NCBI GenBank assembly: GCA_964650315.1
Contig: CAZYQE010000003.1
Location: 15,772 to 79,771 of the forward strand
DNA length: 64,000 nucleotides
From: an uncultured Muribaculaceae bacterium
GTDB taxonomy: Bacteria > Bacillota_I > Bacilli_A > RF39 > UBA660
Direction: 5' to 3'
This document shows, piece after piece, positions 47,311 through 57,216 of the stretch (positions within the stretch are counted from its first letter, which is position 1; every line of letters begins with the position of its first letter). Under the pieces are notes generated by a model. That model did no database searches, was not told the DNA's origin, and worked only from the letters and a program-made list of their open reading frames with translations. The translations under genes and the position numbers were made by a program.

Positions 47311-49687
47311 ATTCATCTACTATATTTATTAGAGGTTTACCAGTATCAGTAGTAAGCATAGACGGATTATTATCAACCGGTTTATCCTCTTTAGGTTTAT
47401 TATCAACAATATTAACTAATGGTTTGTTTGGTTCTTCTTCCTTAGCAGCTTCTGCATTAGCAACTACACTTTGAATATTAATATCAGTATCAGAATCATC
47501 TTCATCTTCGTCTTCATCACCAAAATCATCATCTTCAAAATCATCTTCATCTGATTCTTCTTCATTTTCAATATTTAAAGTTGGTTCTTCTTCAGGCTCA
47601 TCCTTTTCTTCTTCTTTAACTTCTTCTTTTTTATCACCAAGAATTTTAGCTAAAGGATCATCTTCATCAGTTTCCTCTTTATTATCATTATTATTTAAAA
47701 CTCCAACTATATCTGGTATAGCAGCAGATGCAGGAGAAACGGTATTATTTACCGCAGGAGTTTCAACCTTTTCAGAAACAACTGGTTCTTCTTTCTTTGG
47801 AGAATCTACTATATCTACTAAAGGTTTAGTGTTATCATTATTATTAACTAATTGATCTGGTGTAAAATTTGGAACTACATTATCTACTGGTGGTTCTTCA
47901 GCTACAACAGTAGGTTTTATATTCTTAGAAGTATCTTCACCCTTCCAAATAGAAACCACATCACAGTTACCACTCCAAGGTGCTGGATCAGGCATATCTA
48001 ACTTACATATTAATGGTATTTTAAATGCCATACCAAATCCTAAACAAGTACCTGCTTGTAATGTTTTTTGTTTTTCTATTATTTCATCACTAATATTAGG
48101 TACCATCTTTCTAATATAATCTACATCAGTAGGATGGTTCATTTTAAATATTAAGAAACTAGAACATTGAGATATAACAGTATCAGAAAGTTCTACAGGT
48201 CTTTGTGAAATAAGGCCTAATAACACAGCATATTTACGTCCTTCTTTAGCAATTCGCTCAAATATATTATAACCAATTAAGAATCTATCTGTATCATTTT
48301 GAATATATCTATGTGCCTCTTCAACAATTATATGAAAAGGTATACTAGCTCTATCTTTTAATCCTTTTGCAAACTCAAATATAAGTCTTGAGAATATCTT
48401 AGTAAGTACTTTCGCAAAATCATCATCTACATCATCAAAATTCATATTAATAATTTGATATTTACGACCATTATTAAGAAGTAATGATGATAAATATGTT
48501 TCTAAAGGTACATATTGTTTAACATCAAAATATTTAGCATAATCACCGATTATAAGTGAATGCAATCTAACTTTAAGAGTAACTGCATCACCATAAGTAT
48601 TTTCATTTCTTAACCAACCTTCACTAATTAAAGTAAAGTTAAGTGCCTTTTCTAATGTATCTAATGTATAGAAAACTCCACCTTTAGGTTCATAAGCATC
48701 AAGTTCATTCTTAATAAATGAAGAAACATACTCAGTAAGTAGAACACTCTCTGAGAATTGTCCTTGTGAATCTATTAAGAAACATTCTCTAAATTTTCTA
48801 GTATAACCAATACCTTTTACTGGCGCTTCTAAATTAAACTCTGGAGTAGAACAACTAGCTAATATAGAGAAAATTTCATTTCTCTTATTAGGAGATGTTT
48901 CATTAGTATAAAGTATTGTCATAATAGCTTTAGCTATTAAATGATTTTTATATTTATTAGCATCTACATCTGTTTGAGAAAAAATTAGTGCTAATTTTAA
49001 CATTCTTTCAATTATAGGAAGTTGTGAATGATTAGTAGCTTGTAATAATAAAGCTAAATCACTAGCATTAAGTAACCATATAGGTATTCTTATTTTTTCT
49101 CCCTTACCTTCAGTCTCATTAGTACTAAAGAATCTATAATGGTAATTATGATCAATAGTATTTAAATTACAAAAAGCATTATAATATTCACCTGAAGAAT
49201 CAAATAAGAACATATTAGACTTATATGGAAATAATCTCTTATCATGAAACATATTTTGGAAAAGTCTAGTTACACCACAACTTTTACCACTACCAGTATT
49301 ACCAAATATAGCAAAATGGTTACTAAAGAAACTATTAACATTTAAGTATACAGGAAAATCGTTATAAAAGGGACTAACACCAAACTTCATATATCCTTCT
49401 TTATCTTCACCAACAATCATTGGAATCTCAGATTGCTCAATAACTCGAATAGAAGCATCTAAAGAAGGTTTTCTAATAGTACCACCTATTAACTTACCAT
49501 CAACGATTTCACCTAAGAATCTAGCTTTAACTATATCTTTATCTAAATCATCTACTTCTCCAAGTACCTTTTTATCCTTATCTTCAAATATAAGATGTAA
49601 GTTCATTAAATTAATCGCAACATTATCTGAATCTTTTAATTTAATATCCGCACCACGATCACTAATATAAACGATTCTATCAAACAT
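47309..49687 (-). CDS. HerA/DUF87-family P-loop ATPase with a long acidic disordered C-terminal tail
   Basis: N-terminal barrel-like region, Walker A FGNTGSGKS, Walker B FHIIVEEAHRY, and LISQRPVELSDTVISQCSSFLIFKM. SD GAGGGG. Confidence 0.75.
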   Translation of the reverse strand: MFDRIVYISDRGADIKLKDSDNVAINLMNLHLIFEDKDKKVLGEVDDLDKDIVKARFLGEIVDGKLIGGTIRKPSLDASIRVIEQSEIPMIVGEDKEGYMKFGVSPFYNDFPVYLNVNSFFSNHFAIFGNTGSGKSCGVTRLFQNMFHDKRLFPYKSNMFLFDSSGEYYNAFCNLNTIDHNYHYRFFSTNETEGKGEKIRIPIWLLNASDLALLLQATNHSQLPIIERMLKLALIFSQTDVDANKYKNHLIAKAIMTILYTNETSPNKRNEIFSILASCSTPEFNLEAPVKGIGYTRKFRECFLIDSQGQFSESVLLTEYVSSFIKNELDAYEPKGGVFYTLDTLEKALNFTLISEGWLRNENTYGDAVTLKVRLHSLIIGDYAKYFDVKQYVPLETYLSSLLLNNGRKYQIINMNFDDVDDDFAKVLTKIFSRLIFEFAKGLKDRASIPFHIIVEEAHRYIQNDTDRFLIGYNIFERIAKEGRKYAVLLGLISQRPVELSDTVISQCSSFLIFKMNHPTDVDYIRKMVPNISDEIIEKQKTLQAGTCLGFGMAFKIPLICKLDMPDPAPWSGNCDVVSIWKGEDTSKNIKPTVVAEEPPVDNVVPNFTPDQLVNNNDNTKPLVDIVDSPKKEEPVVSEKVETPAVNNTVSPASAAIPDIVGVLNNNDNKEETDEDDPLAKILGDKKEEVKEEEKDEPEEEPTLNIENEEESDEDDFEDDDFGDEDEDEDDSDTDINIQSVVANAEAAKEEEPNKPLVNIVDNKPKEDKPVDNNPSMLTTDTGKPLINIVDE

Positions 49688-49724
49688 ATAATCCCCTCAA
49701 TCCTTTTAACCCTATCTTATATAG

Positions 49725-49753
49725 ATTATACAAGTTTTTCTCCCTTTTTACAA
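49725..49753 (-). promoter_or_regulatory. Sigma-A-type promoter for the HerA-like gene (TTGTAA-17-TATAAT)
   Basis: Minus strand: TTGTAA at 49753-49748, a 17-nt spacer, and TATAAT at 49730-49725. Confidence 0.5.
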
Positions 49754-49762
49754 GAACTTTAT

Positions 49763-49793
49763 ACAAATAAAAAGCAATTTAATAAAATTGCTT
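49763..49793 (-). terminator. Terminator after ylxM
   Basis: The minus-strand RNA reads AAGCAAUUU-UAUU-AAAUUGCUU followed by UUUUAUUU. Confidence 0.55.
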
Positions 49794-49800
49794 ATAATTA

Positions 49801-50103
49801 TTAAAATTTATCTACTATTTTATTTAAATTATTCTTAATATTTTTATCTTTTATACCATCAATTATATTTAATAAATCTTTCTTTTTATCTAATAAACCT
49901 AACTTCTTTTCATAATCTTCTAACTTCTTAATAACATTATGTACCTGTTTAAATATAGCATTTCTACTAACACCATATAAATCTGCCATTTCCCCTAAAC
50001 TCAAATCATTAAAATAATAATCTTCATAATATTTCTTTTGTTTAGCAGTTAATAAGTTTCCATATAAGTCATATAACTCATTATAATATAATACTTCCTC
50101 CAT
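49801..50103 (-). CDS. ylxM: YlxM (UPF0122) putative HTH protein of the SRP operon
   Basis: LLTAKQKKYYEDYYFNDLSLGEMADLYGVSRNAIFKQV. The ATG at 50103 lies 1 nt after the upstream stop and has AGGTG upstream. Confidence 0.85.
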   Translation of the reverse strand: MEEVLYYNELYDLYGNLLTAKQKKYYEDYYFNDLSLGEMADLYGVSRNAIFKQVHNVIKKLEDYEKKLGLLDKKKDLLNIIDGIKDKNIKNNLNKIVDKF

Positions 50104-50104
50104 A

Positions 50105-50392
50105 TTAAACACCTAAACAAACTAATATAATAATACCAACAATAGCATATAACCAAGTTAATCTACTTCTCTTATAGATTTTATGATTATTAAAAGCTAT
50201 AAGTAATAAATTAACTCCTAATGATAATTCAAATAATTTAAATGAAGCTTTATCAAACATAAAAAGTATCGCAATAATTATAGTTAGTATAGTTACCACT
50301 ACTTGAATATCTACAAATAATATATCAACTTTAGTTAATTGTTTGTTTTCATTATTTTTCTTTGCTTTTTTATTCTTTTCTTCTTTTTTCAT
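50105..50392 (-). CDS. Small 3-TM membrane protein between ftsY and ylxM
   Basis: 95 aa with a Lys-rich N-terminus. It starts 8 nt after the ftsY stop. No family recognised. Confidence 0.45.
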   Translation of the reverse strand: MKKEEKNKKAKKNNENKQLTKVDILFVDIQVVVTILTIIIAILFMFDKASFKLFELSLGVNLLLIAFNNHKIYKRSRLTWLYAIVGIIILVCLGV

Positions 50393-50400
50393 AATATCAC

Positions 50401-51423
50401 CTACATCATATCTTTAAATAACCCATATATATATTTTTCTATATCAAAAGCTTGTAAATCACTAGCTTTTTCACCAAGTCCAATATATTTAACTGGTATA
50501 CCAACACTCTCTTTAATAGCAAGTACTATACCACCTTTAGCAGTACCATCTAATTTAGTTAAAATAATACCTGTTATATTAGTAATTTCTTTAAATGAAT
50601 TAGCTTGACTAATACCATTTTGTCCAGTAGTTGCATCTATTACAAGTAATGTCTCATGAGGACCACCTTCAACTATACTACCAATTACTCTATTAATCTT
50701 TTCTAACTCTTTCATTAAATTAACTTTATTTTGAAGTCTACCTGCAGTATCTATTAATACCATATCATAATTTTCTTTTACTGCCTTACTACAACCATCA
50801 TAAACTACGCTAGCAGGATCACTTCCCTGTTCTTTTCCATAGAAATCTACTCCTATCTTTTGAGCCCATTCATCAAGTTGAGATACAGCGCCCGCTCTAA
50901 AAGTATCTGCTCCCACTAATAAAACTTTTTTGCCTTCTTCTTTATACTTATGTGCAATCTTCGCAATAGTAGTAGTCTTACCTACTCCGTTAACTCCTAT
51001 AAATAAAACTACAGTAGGACCATCTTCATTCTCATTAATCTTATTAGTTAACACTTCATCATTAACATATATAATAAACAATTCATCAACTATAACTTCT
51101 TTTAATACCTCAGGATCTTCTATTTTATCTTTAACTGCTCTTGTCTTAAGTCTATCTATAAAATCCATAACAGTATTAACACCAATATCTGCCATTATTA
51201 ATATCTCTTCTAACTCATCAAAATACTCATCGTTAATAGTTCTATATTTATTAGTTAAATTAGCTAATTTAGATACAAAACCTTCTCTAGATTTAGAAAG
51301 TCCCTTTTCATACACTTTTACTTCTTCTTTAGTTTTTTTATCTATTTTTTCTTCTTTAACTACTTCTTCTTCACTAACTTTTTCAGTCTTAAACATATCT
51401 TTTATCTTGCTAAAAATACCCAT
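50401..51423 (-). CDS. ftsY: Signal recognition particle receptor FtsY
   Basis: Motifs GVNGVGKTTT, DTAGR and TKLDGTAKGG. The ATG at 51423 follows AGGTGA. Confidence 0.95.
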   Translation of the reverse strand: MGIFSKIKDMFKTEKVSEEEVVKEEKIDKKTKEEVKVYEKGLSKSREGFVSKLANLTNKYRTINDEYFDELEEILIMADIGVNTVMDFIDRLKTRAVKDKIEDPEVLKEVIVDELFIIYVNDEVLTNKINENEDGPTVVLFIGVNGVGKTTTIAKIAHKYKEEGKKVLLVGADTFRAGAVSQLDEWAQKIGVDFYGKEQGSDPASVVYDGCSKAVKENYDMVLIDTAGRLQNKVNLMKELEKINRVIGSIVEGGPHETLLVIDATTGQNGISQANSFKEITNITGIILTKLDGTAKGGIVLAIKESVGIPVKYIGLGEKASDLQAFDIEKYIYGLFKDMM

Positions 51424-51555
51424 AGTTATCACCTATAAAAATTATATCAAAAAACAATCTATTTTACTATTAAAAATTATGATTATATGGACAAAATATA
51501 AAAAATATAGTATAATCTTCTCGTTAGTTCTTTAAATCAAAAGAAAGGAGTTTAT

Positions 51556-53238
51556 ATGAAAAAAGAAACCAACGAAACAAAATTAGTTGTTTTAGGTGGT
51601 CTTGGAGAAGTCGGAAAAAATATGTATTGTGTAATGCATAAAGACTCTATTGTTATTATTGATGCCGGTGTTAGTTTTCCAGAAGGTACATTAATGGGTA
51701 TTGATTATGTTTTACCTGATTTTACTTTCTTAAAGGAAAATGAAGATAAAATTAAAGCGTTACTTATAACTCATGGTCATGAAGATCATATAGGTGGTAT
51801 TCCTTATTTACTTCAAAGTATTAATATACCTGCAATATATGCACCTAATCATGCCAAAGAGTTAATTGCGGTTAAACTGGAAGATAGAAACATTAGATAT
51901 GACAATCTCTTTGTGTACACTGAAGACACTAAGTTAAAATTCCAAGATATAGAAGTAGAGTTTTTTAGAATAACTCACTCTGTACCTGATTCACATGGAA
52001 TAAGTATTAATACTCCAGATGGTAGAATAGTTACTACTGGAGACTATAAATTTGATTTAACTCCAATTGGGCCAATGGCTAACTTATATAAAATGGCTAC
52101 TCTTGGGGAAAAAGGGGTTGATCTTTTAATCGGAGATTCAACTAATGCATTAAATGAAGGATTCTCATCTAGTGAATCTGTAGTTGATGAAACTTTAGGT
52201 GAAATGTTTGATAATTGTAAAAATAATAGAATAATTATCGCCACATTTGCTTCTAATATATATCGTGTTAAACATATCTTTGAAACTTGTTATAAACATG
52301 GTAGAAAAATATGTATATTTGGTCGTTCTATGGAAAACAATATTAATATTTCTATTAATGGTGGATATATTGATCATAAAGAATTATTAATAACTCCAGA
52401 AGAAGCAAATAATTTAAAACCTGGTGAAGTAACAATTCTATGTACTGGATCTCAAGGAGAACCACTTGCAGCTTTATCTAGAATATCAAATGGTACTCAT
52501 AAACAAATAAAACTAAGACCAGATGATGTTGTAATATTCTCTTCTAGTGCAATACCAGGAAATGCTTTAAGTATTGCTAAAACTATTAATAAACTATACT
52601 TGAAAGGTGTTAAAGTATATACAAATAAATCATTAGTAGATCTTCATACTTCAGGACATGCTAACGAAGAAGAAATTAAACTAATGATTAGATTAATTAA
52701 ACCTAAATACTTAATGCCGTTCCATGGAGACTATAGAATGCTTAAAAAACAAGCTGATATTGGTATAAACTGTGGTATTCCTAAAGAAAATACATTTATT
52801 TTAAAGAATGGTGATTCTCTAAATATAAAGAATCATGTTATTACTAAAGGAGAAAGCTATTCTGGACAAGATGTTTATGTAGATGGTAATCGTATTGGAG
52901 AAATAGGTAGTGTTGTTATTAAAGATAGAAAGATAATGGCTAATGATGGAATATTAGTAGTAATAATCAATGTTGATATGAAGAAACGTGAATTATTAAT
53001 TAAACCTAATATTACTACTAGAGGATTTATCTTAGTAAACGAAAATGAAGAACTAATTAAAAAGATAGAAACTAAAGCTGAAGAAGTTATTAGAAAGAGC
53101 CTATCTAATCCTAAAACAACATTTGCTATATTAAAAAGTAATATAACTGATGAATTATATCCATTTATAGATGAATTAACTGGTAGAAAACCAATTATAT
53201 TACCTGTAATATTAGATATTAAAAAAGAAGAAAAATAG
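51556..53238 (+). CDS. rnjA: Ribonuclease J (metallo-beta-lactamase/beta-CASP)
   Basis: Motif THGHEDHIGG, beta-CASP region, HTSGHA, 560 aa. Confidence 0.9.
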   Translation: MKKETNETKLVVLGGLGEVGKNMYCVMHKDSIVIIDAGVSFPEGTLMGIDYVLPDFTFLKENEDKIKALLITHGHEDHIGGIPYLLQSINIPAIYAPNHAKELIAVKLEDRNIRYDNLFVYTEDTKLKFQDIEVEFFRITHSVPDSHGISINTPDGRIVTTGDYKFDLTPIGPMANLYKMATLGEKGVDLLIGDSTNALNEGFSSSESVVDETLGEMFDNCKNNRIIIATFASNIYRVKHIFETCYKHGRKICIFGRSMENNINISINGGYIDHKELLITPEEANNLKPGEVTILCTGSQGEPLAALSRISNGTHKQIKLRPDDVVIFSSSAIPGNALSIAKTINKLYLKGVKVYTNKSLVDLHTSGHANEEEIKLMIRLIKPKYLMPFHGDYRMLKKQADIGINCGIPKENTFILKNGDSLNIKNHVITKGESYSGQDVYVDGNRIGEIGSVVIKDRKIMANDGILVVIINVDMKKRELLIKPNITTRGFILVNENEELIKKIETKAEEVIRKSLSNPKTTFAILKSNITDELYPFIDELTGRKPIILPVILDIKKEEK

Positions 53239-53262
53239 AAGTAATTTACTTCTATTTTTTTT
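53236..53262 (+). terminator. Terminator after the RNase J gene
   Basis: TAGAAGTA-ATT-TACTTCTA followed by TTTTTTTT. Confidence 0.6.
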
Positions 53263-53263
53263 A

Positions 53264-53290
53264 CAAAAAAAGAAGCATTATTTTGCTTCT
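53264..53290 (-). terminator. Terminator after rny
   Basis: The minus-strand RNA reads AGAAGCA-AAAUAA-UGCUUCU followed by UUUUUUU. Confidence 0.55.
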
Positions 53291-54831
53291 TCTTGTGCTC
53301 TTGTTTCACGAACAACTGTAATTTTAATTGTTCCAGGATATTTCATAGTCTCTTCTATTTTTTCTTTTACTTCACGAGCTATCTTATGTGCTTCTAAATC
53401 ATCTACTTGATCAGGTTTAACAATTACACGTAATTCTCTACCAGCTTGAACAGCAAATGTTTTATCAACACCATCCATATTATTACCAACTTCTTCAAGT
53501 TGAGTAAGTCTTTTAATATAGTTTTCTAAAGAATCATTTCTAGCTCCTGGACGTGATGCAGATAAAGCATCAGCAATAGCAACTATTGTTGAAATAACAC
53601 TAGTAGCAGCAGTATCACCATGATGTGATGCTATAGCATTAATAACAACTTTATCTTCTTTATACTTCTTAGCTATATCAACACCAATATCAACATGACT
53701 TCCTTCTACTTCATGATCAATTGCTTTACCAATATCATGTAATAGACCAGCTCTTTTAGCAAGAGTAACATTTTCTCCAAGTTCTCCAGCTAATATTCCA
53801 GAAAGTTCAGCAACTTCTCTAGAATGTTGTAATGCATTTTGTCCATAACTTGTTCTAAAATGTAATTTACCAATTGTCTCAATTAATGCTGGATCAAATT
53901 TAGTAAGTCCAAGTTCTACTGTAGTATCATGTCCATACTCAGTAATCTTTTTCTTCATATCTTTACAAACTTTATCATATAATTCTTCAATTCTTGTTGG
54001 ATGGATTCGACCATCTTTAATTAAACTCTCTAAAGTAACTCTAGCAATCTCTCTACGTAATGGATCAAAACTAGATAAAACTACTGCTTCTGGAGTATCA
54101 TCAATAATTAAATCTACTCCTGTAATAGCTTCAATAGTTCTAATATTACGACCTTCACGACCAATTATTCTACCTTTCATTTCATCATTAGGTAGATCTA
54201 CTACTGTAACAGTTTGATCACTAGCTATGTCTGCTGCATACTTTTGCATAGATGTAACTATTAATTCTCTAGCTGTTTTATCAGCTGTTAATTTAGCTTC
54301 ATCTTCTCTTTCTTTAATGTATTCAGCAATCTCTTTACTCATATCTTCTTTTACATGACTCATAACTTCTTTACGAGCCTTATCTTTACTAAATCCTGAA
54401 ATCTTTTGTAATAAATCTAATTGTTCTTTTCTTATATCTTCCACTTTACTTTTTTCGTTCTGAATCTCTAATTGACGTGCTTCTAATTTCTCTTCACGTT
54501 CATCTAAAGCAGTTTCTCTTTTTTGAAATAATTCATCTCTTTTATCTATACTAGCCTCTCTTTGCATAAGTCTAGCTTCTGATTCTTTCATTTCATTTTT
54601 CTTTTCACGAATTTCTTTATCTAAGTCCATTTTCATACGATGTGCTTCTTCTTTTTGTTCTATAGCAGCATCTCTTTTAATCTTATCTACTTCTTTTTTA
54701 GCACTATTAATAATAGATTCTGCTTTTCTAGAAGCCATGCTTCCTTTTAAACTATTTATAACAAACGCTATAAAAAAGCCTACAAGTAATCCAATAACTA
54801 CAAGTAAAATGGAGAATCCTAAACCACTCAT
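53278..54831 (-). CDS. rny: Ribonuclease Y (N-terminal TM, coiled coil, KH and HD domains)
   Basis: Motifs [12 protein letters not shown] (KH) and LLHDIGKA (HD). The ATG at 54831 follows GGAGGAG. Confidence 0.95.
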   Translation of the reverse strand: MSGLGFSILLVVIGLLVGFFIAFVINSLKGSMASRKAESIINSAKKEVDKIKRDAAIEQKEEAHRMKMDLDKEIREKKNEMKESEARLMQREASIDKRDELFQKRETALDEREEKLEARQLEIQNEKSKVEDIRKEQLDLLQKISGFSKDKARKEVMSHVKEDMSKEIAEYIKEREDEAKLTADKTARELIVTSMQKYAADIASDQTVTVVDLPNDEMKGRIIGREGRNIRTIEAITGVDLIIDDTPEAVVLSSFDPLRREIARVTLESLIKDGRIHPTRIEELYDKVCKDMKKKITEYGHDTTVELGLTKFDPALIETIGKLHFRTSYGQNALQHSREVAELSGILAGELGENVTLAKRAGLLHDIGKAIDHEVEGSHVDIGVDIAKKYKEDKVVINAIASHHGDTAATSVISTIVAIADALSASRPGARNDSLENYIKRLTQLEEVGNNMDGVDKTFAVQAGRELRVIVKPDQVDDLEAHKIAREVKEKIEETMKYPGTIKITVVRETRAQEEAK

Positions 54832-54875
54832 ATACTCCTCCATCTAGAATTAGGTAATAACCTAAATCTAATTCT

Positions 54876-54904
54876 ATTTTACTTTTATTTTTAATCATTG
54901 TCAA
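54876..54904 (-). promoter_or_regulatory. Sigma-A-type promoter for rny (TTGACA-17-TAAAAT)
   Basis: Minus strand: TTGACA at 54904-54899, a 17-nt spacer, and TAAAAT at 54881-54876. Confidence 0.5.
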
Positions 54905-54929
54905 TGTAAACAAAAATAAAAGAAAGAGA

Positions 54930-55943
54930 TTACTTCTCTTTCTTAGTATCTTCAATATTTATATCATAATATTCTCTAACTTTAGTCTCCAATTCATCTT
55001 TTAATTCTGGTGTATCTTTAAGTAAAAGTTTAACATTTTCCTTACCTTGACCAAGTTTTTCTCCTTGATATGCATACCAAGCACCAGTCTTTTCTATAAT
55101 ACCAGCTTCAGCTGCTAAATCAATAATTTCTCCTTCACGAGAAACTCCTTCTCCATACATAATATCAACTTCAGCAGTTTTAAATGGTGGAGCAACTTTG
55201 TTTTTAACTACTTTAATAGATGTTTTATTACCAACAATTCCATCACCCATCTTTAAGCTTTCTTTTCTTCTAATATCTAATCTAATAGTTGAATAGAATT
55301 TTAAAGCTCTACCACCAGTAGTAGTTTCTGGATTACCAAACATAACCCCAACTTTTTCACGTAATTGATTAATAAATATCGCAATAGTATTAGTTTTATT
55401 AATAGTTCCAGATAATTTTCTTAAAGCCTGTGACATAAGTCTTGCTTGAAGACCAACATGAGAATCTCCCATTTCACCATCAATTTCAGCTTGTGGAACT
55501 AAAGCTGCAACTGAATCAATTACTACTATATTAACTGCTTCATTTCTAACTAAAGCTTCGCAAATTTCTAAAGCTTGTTCTCCTGTATCAGGTTGAGAAA
55601 GTAATAACTCATCTATATTTACTCCCAATCTTTCTGCATATACTGGATCAAGTGCATGCTCTGCATCTATAAAAGCAGCAGTACCTCCAGTTTTTTGTAC
55701 TTCTGCAATTGCTTGTAATGCAAAAGTAGTTTTACCACTTGATTCAGGTCCATATATTTCAACAATTCTACCTCTTGGATATCCACCTACTCCTAATGCA
55801 ATATCAAGTGATAAACAACCACTAGACACTACATCAACTTTCATATGCTTACTATCTCCAAGTTTCATTATTGATCCTTTACCAAATTGCTTTTCAATAT
55901 CTTTTAATACTGATTCTAAATCTTTATCTTTTTTTGCTTTCAT
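54930..55943 (-). CDS. recA: Recombinase RecA
   Basis: Motifs [18 protein letters not shown] and IVIDSVAAL. Confidence 0.97.
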   Translation of the reverse strand: MKAKKDKDLESVLKDIEKQFGKGSIMKLGDSKHMKVDVVSSGCLSLDIALGVGGYPRGRIVEIYGPESSGKTTFALQAIAEVQKTGGTAAFIDAEHALDPVYAERLGVNIDELLLSQPDTGEQALEICEALVRNEAVNIVVIDSVAALVPQAEIDGEMGDSHVGLQARLMSQALRKLSGTINKTNTIAIFINQLREKVGVMFGNPETTTGGRALKFYSTIRLDIRRKESLKMGDGIVGNKTSIKVVKNKVAPPFKTAEVDIMYGEGVSREGEIIDLAAEAGIIEKTGAWYAYQGEKLGQGKENVKLLLKDTPELKDELETKVREYYDINIEDTKKEK

Positions 55944-55983
55944 ATGTTTATATAATTCCTCCTATTAAATAACTTACAATTTT

Positions 55984-56034
55984 ATTTTACCTATAAATAA
56001 AACAAATGTCAAGCATTTTTCGAACATTTGTTTT
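55984..56034 (-). promoter_or_regulatory. recA promoter (TTGACA-17-TAAAAT) with a LexA (Cheo)-like box
   Basis: -35 at 56012-56007 and -10 at 55989-55984. CGAACATTTGTTTT at 56021-56034 matches about 12 of 14 positions of CGAACRNRYGTTYC. A perfect 11-bp inverted repeat spans 55999-56009 and 56024-56034. Confidence 0.5.
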
Positions 56035-56108
56035 GTTGTTTTACACATGCTATTTTTACTAAAAATAAAAAAGCTTCTTATAAAAAGAAACTTTTGGATT
56101 AATGATTA

Positions 56109-56717
56109 TTATGAATTTATAATTTTAGGTTCTTCTCTTGAAAGTTTTCTGTTAGCATTGAAATATTGAATAGCAGAAACTATTGATAAAACTGATGCTA
56201 TATAAAGTAATATTTCAGCTACATTAACACCCATAAATTCAAATGGCATATTATAGAAGAATGTTAATACTATTCCAACCATTAAACAAGCTGTTTTTAA
56301 TTTACCAGATCCTATAGCCGCAACTACATGTCCTTTACTAGCTGCATCCATCTTAATTGCATCTACAACTATATCTCTTAAAATAATAACAACTGGTATT
56401 ATAACATGTATAAATCCATGTACAGATAAAATAATAAGCACTGAATCAACTAATACTTTATCAGCAATAGCATCTAACATTTTACCTAAATTAGTAACTT
56501 GATTATTCTTTCTAGCTAAATAACCATCAAAAAAATCAGTAATACTAGCAAATATAAATATACCACCAGCTATGAAGTATTGTAATTCTACCATTATTCC
56601 GTTAATAGTATATGTCGGAAAAGTAATTCCTACATCATAAAAAGGAAAACATAACAATACAATTACTACAACACTTAAAAATAATCTAAATACTGTGAGT
56701 TTAGTAGGTAAGTTCAT
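56109..56717 (-). CDS. pgsA: CDP-diacylglycerol--glycerol-3-phosphate 3-phosphatidyltransferase
   Basis: DGYLARKNNQVTNLGKMLDAIADK (CDP-alcohol phosphatidyltransferase motif). Confidence 0.9.
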   Translation of the reverse strand: MNLPTKLTVFRLFLSVVVIVLLCFPFYDVGITFPTYTINGIMVELQYFIAGGIFIFASITDFFDGYLARKNNQVTNLGKMLDAIADKVLVDSVLIILSVHGFIHVIIPVVIILRDIVVDAIKMDAASKGHVVAAIGSGKLKTACLMVGIVLTFFYNMPFEFMGVNVAEILLYIASVLSIVSAIQYFNANRKLSREEPKIINS

Positions 56718-57195
56718 ATAAATTCTCCTCTCTTATAGAATGTAATTCAGAATCTCTAGTAGTATTTTTCTTAAGACCAATAACTATAAAATATATTAAT
56801 ATTGTTAATAATATAAGACCTAACACTACATAAACAGCAGGCCATATATTAACTTTATCTTTATATTCTTTAGTATATGGTGATTTAACTTTCTTCTCTT
56901 CTTTTTCTTCTGCTTTCTTTTGTGCTTCTTTAATATCATCTAAAGATATCTTAGAAGTATGTTCAAATAAGAAATTATTAAACTCATCCATTACCATATC
57001 AGGATCAAGTCCTAAGTATTTAGCATACCCTTTAATATATTCTTTCATATCATAAACATCTTTAAAAGCTTTAGAATTACCACTCTCTATATTTTCAAGT
57101 TGAGATGCTGAAAGTTCTAAATCATCAGCTGCTTCTTCTAAACTAACACCATTACTGATTCTAGTTTTCTTTAAATACTGTCCTAATTCTTTCAA
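56701..57195 (-). CDS. rodZ: RodZ-like HTH (XRE) membrane protein
   Basis: N-terminal HTH LGQYLKKTRISNGVSLEEAADDLELSASQLENIESGN and one TM segment. It lies upstream of pgsA, as ymfM/rodZ does in Bacillus. TTG start after GAGGTGA. Confidence 0.6.
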   Translation of the reverse strand: MKELGQYLKKTRISNGVSLEEAADDLELSASQLENIESGNSKAFKDVYDMKEYIKGYAKYLGLDPDMVMDEFNNFLFEHTSKISLDDIKEAQKKAEEKEEKKVKSPYTKEYKDKVNIWPAVYVVLGLILLTILIYFIVIGLKKNTTRDSELHSIREENLYELTY

Positions 57196-57216
57196 AATAT
57201 CACCTCACTATAATTA

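Noticed and set aside
47309-49687. Calling the HerA-like gene a known anti-phage system (Sir2-HerA, DUF4297-HerA, NurA-HerA)
   Set aside because: No Sir2, DUF4297, NurA or other nuclease or effector ORF lies adjacent. Both flanks are SRP housekeeping genes separated from it by terminators. I report it as an orphan rather than assign it to a system.
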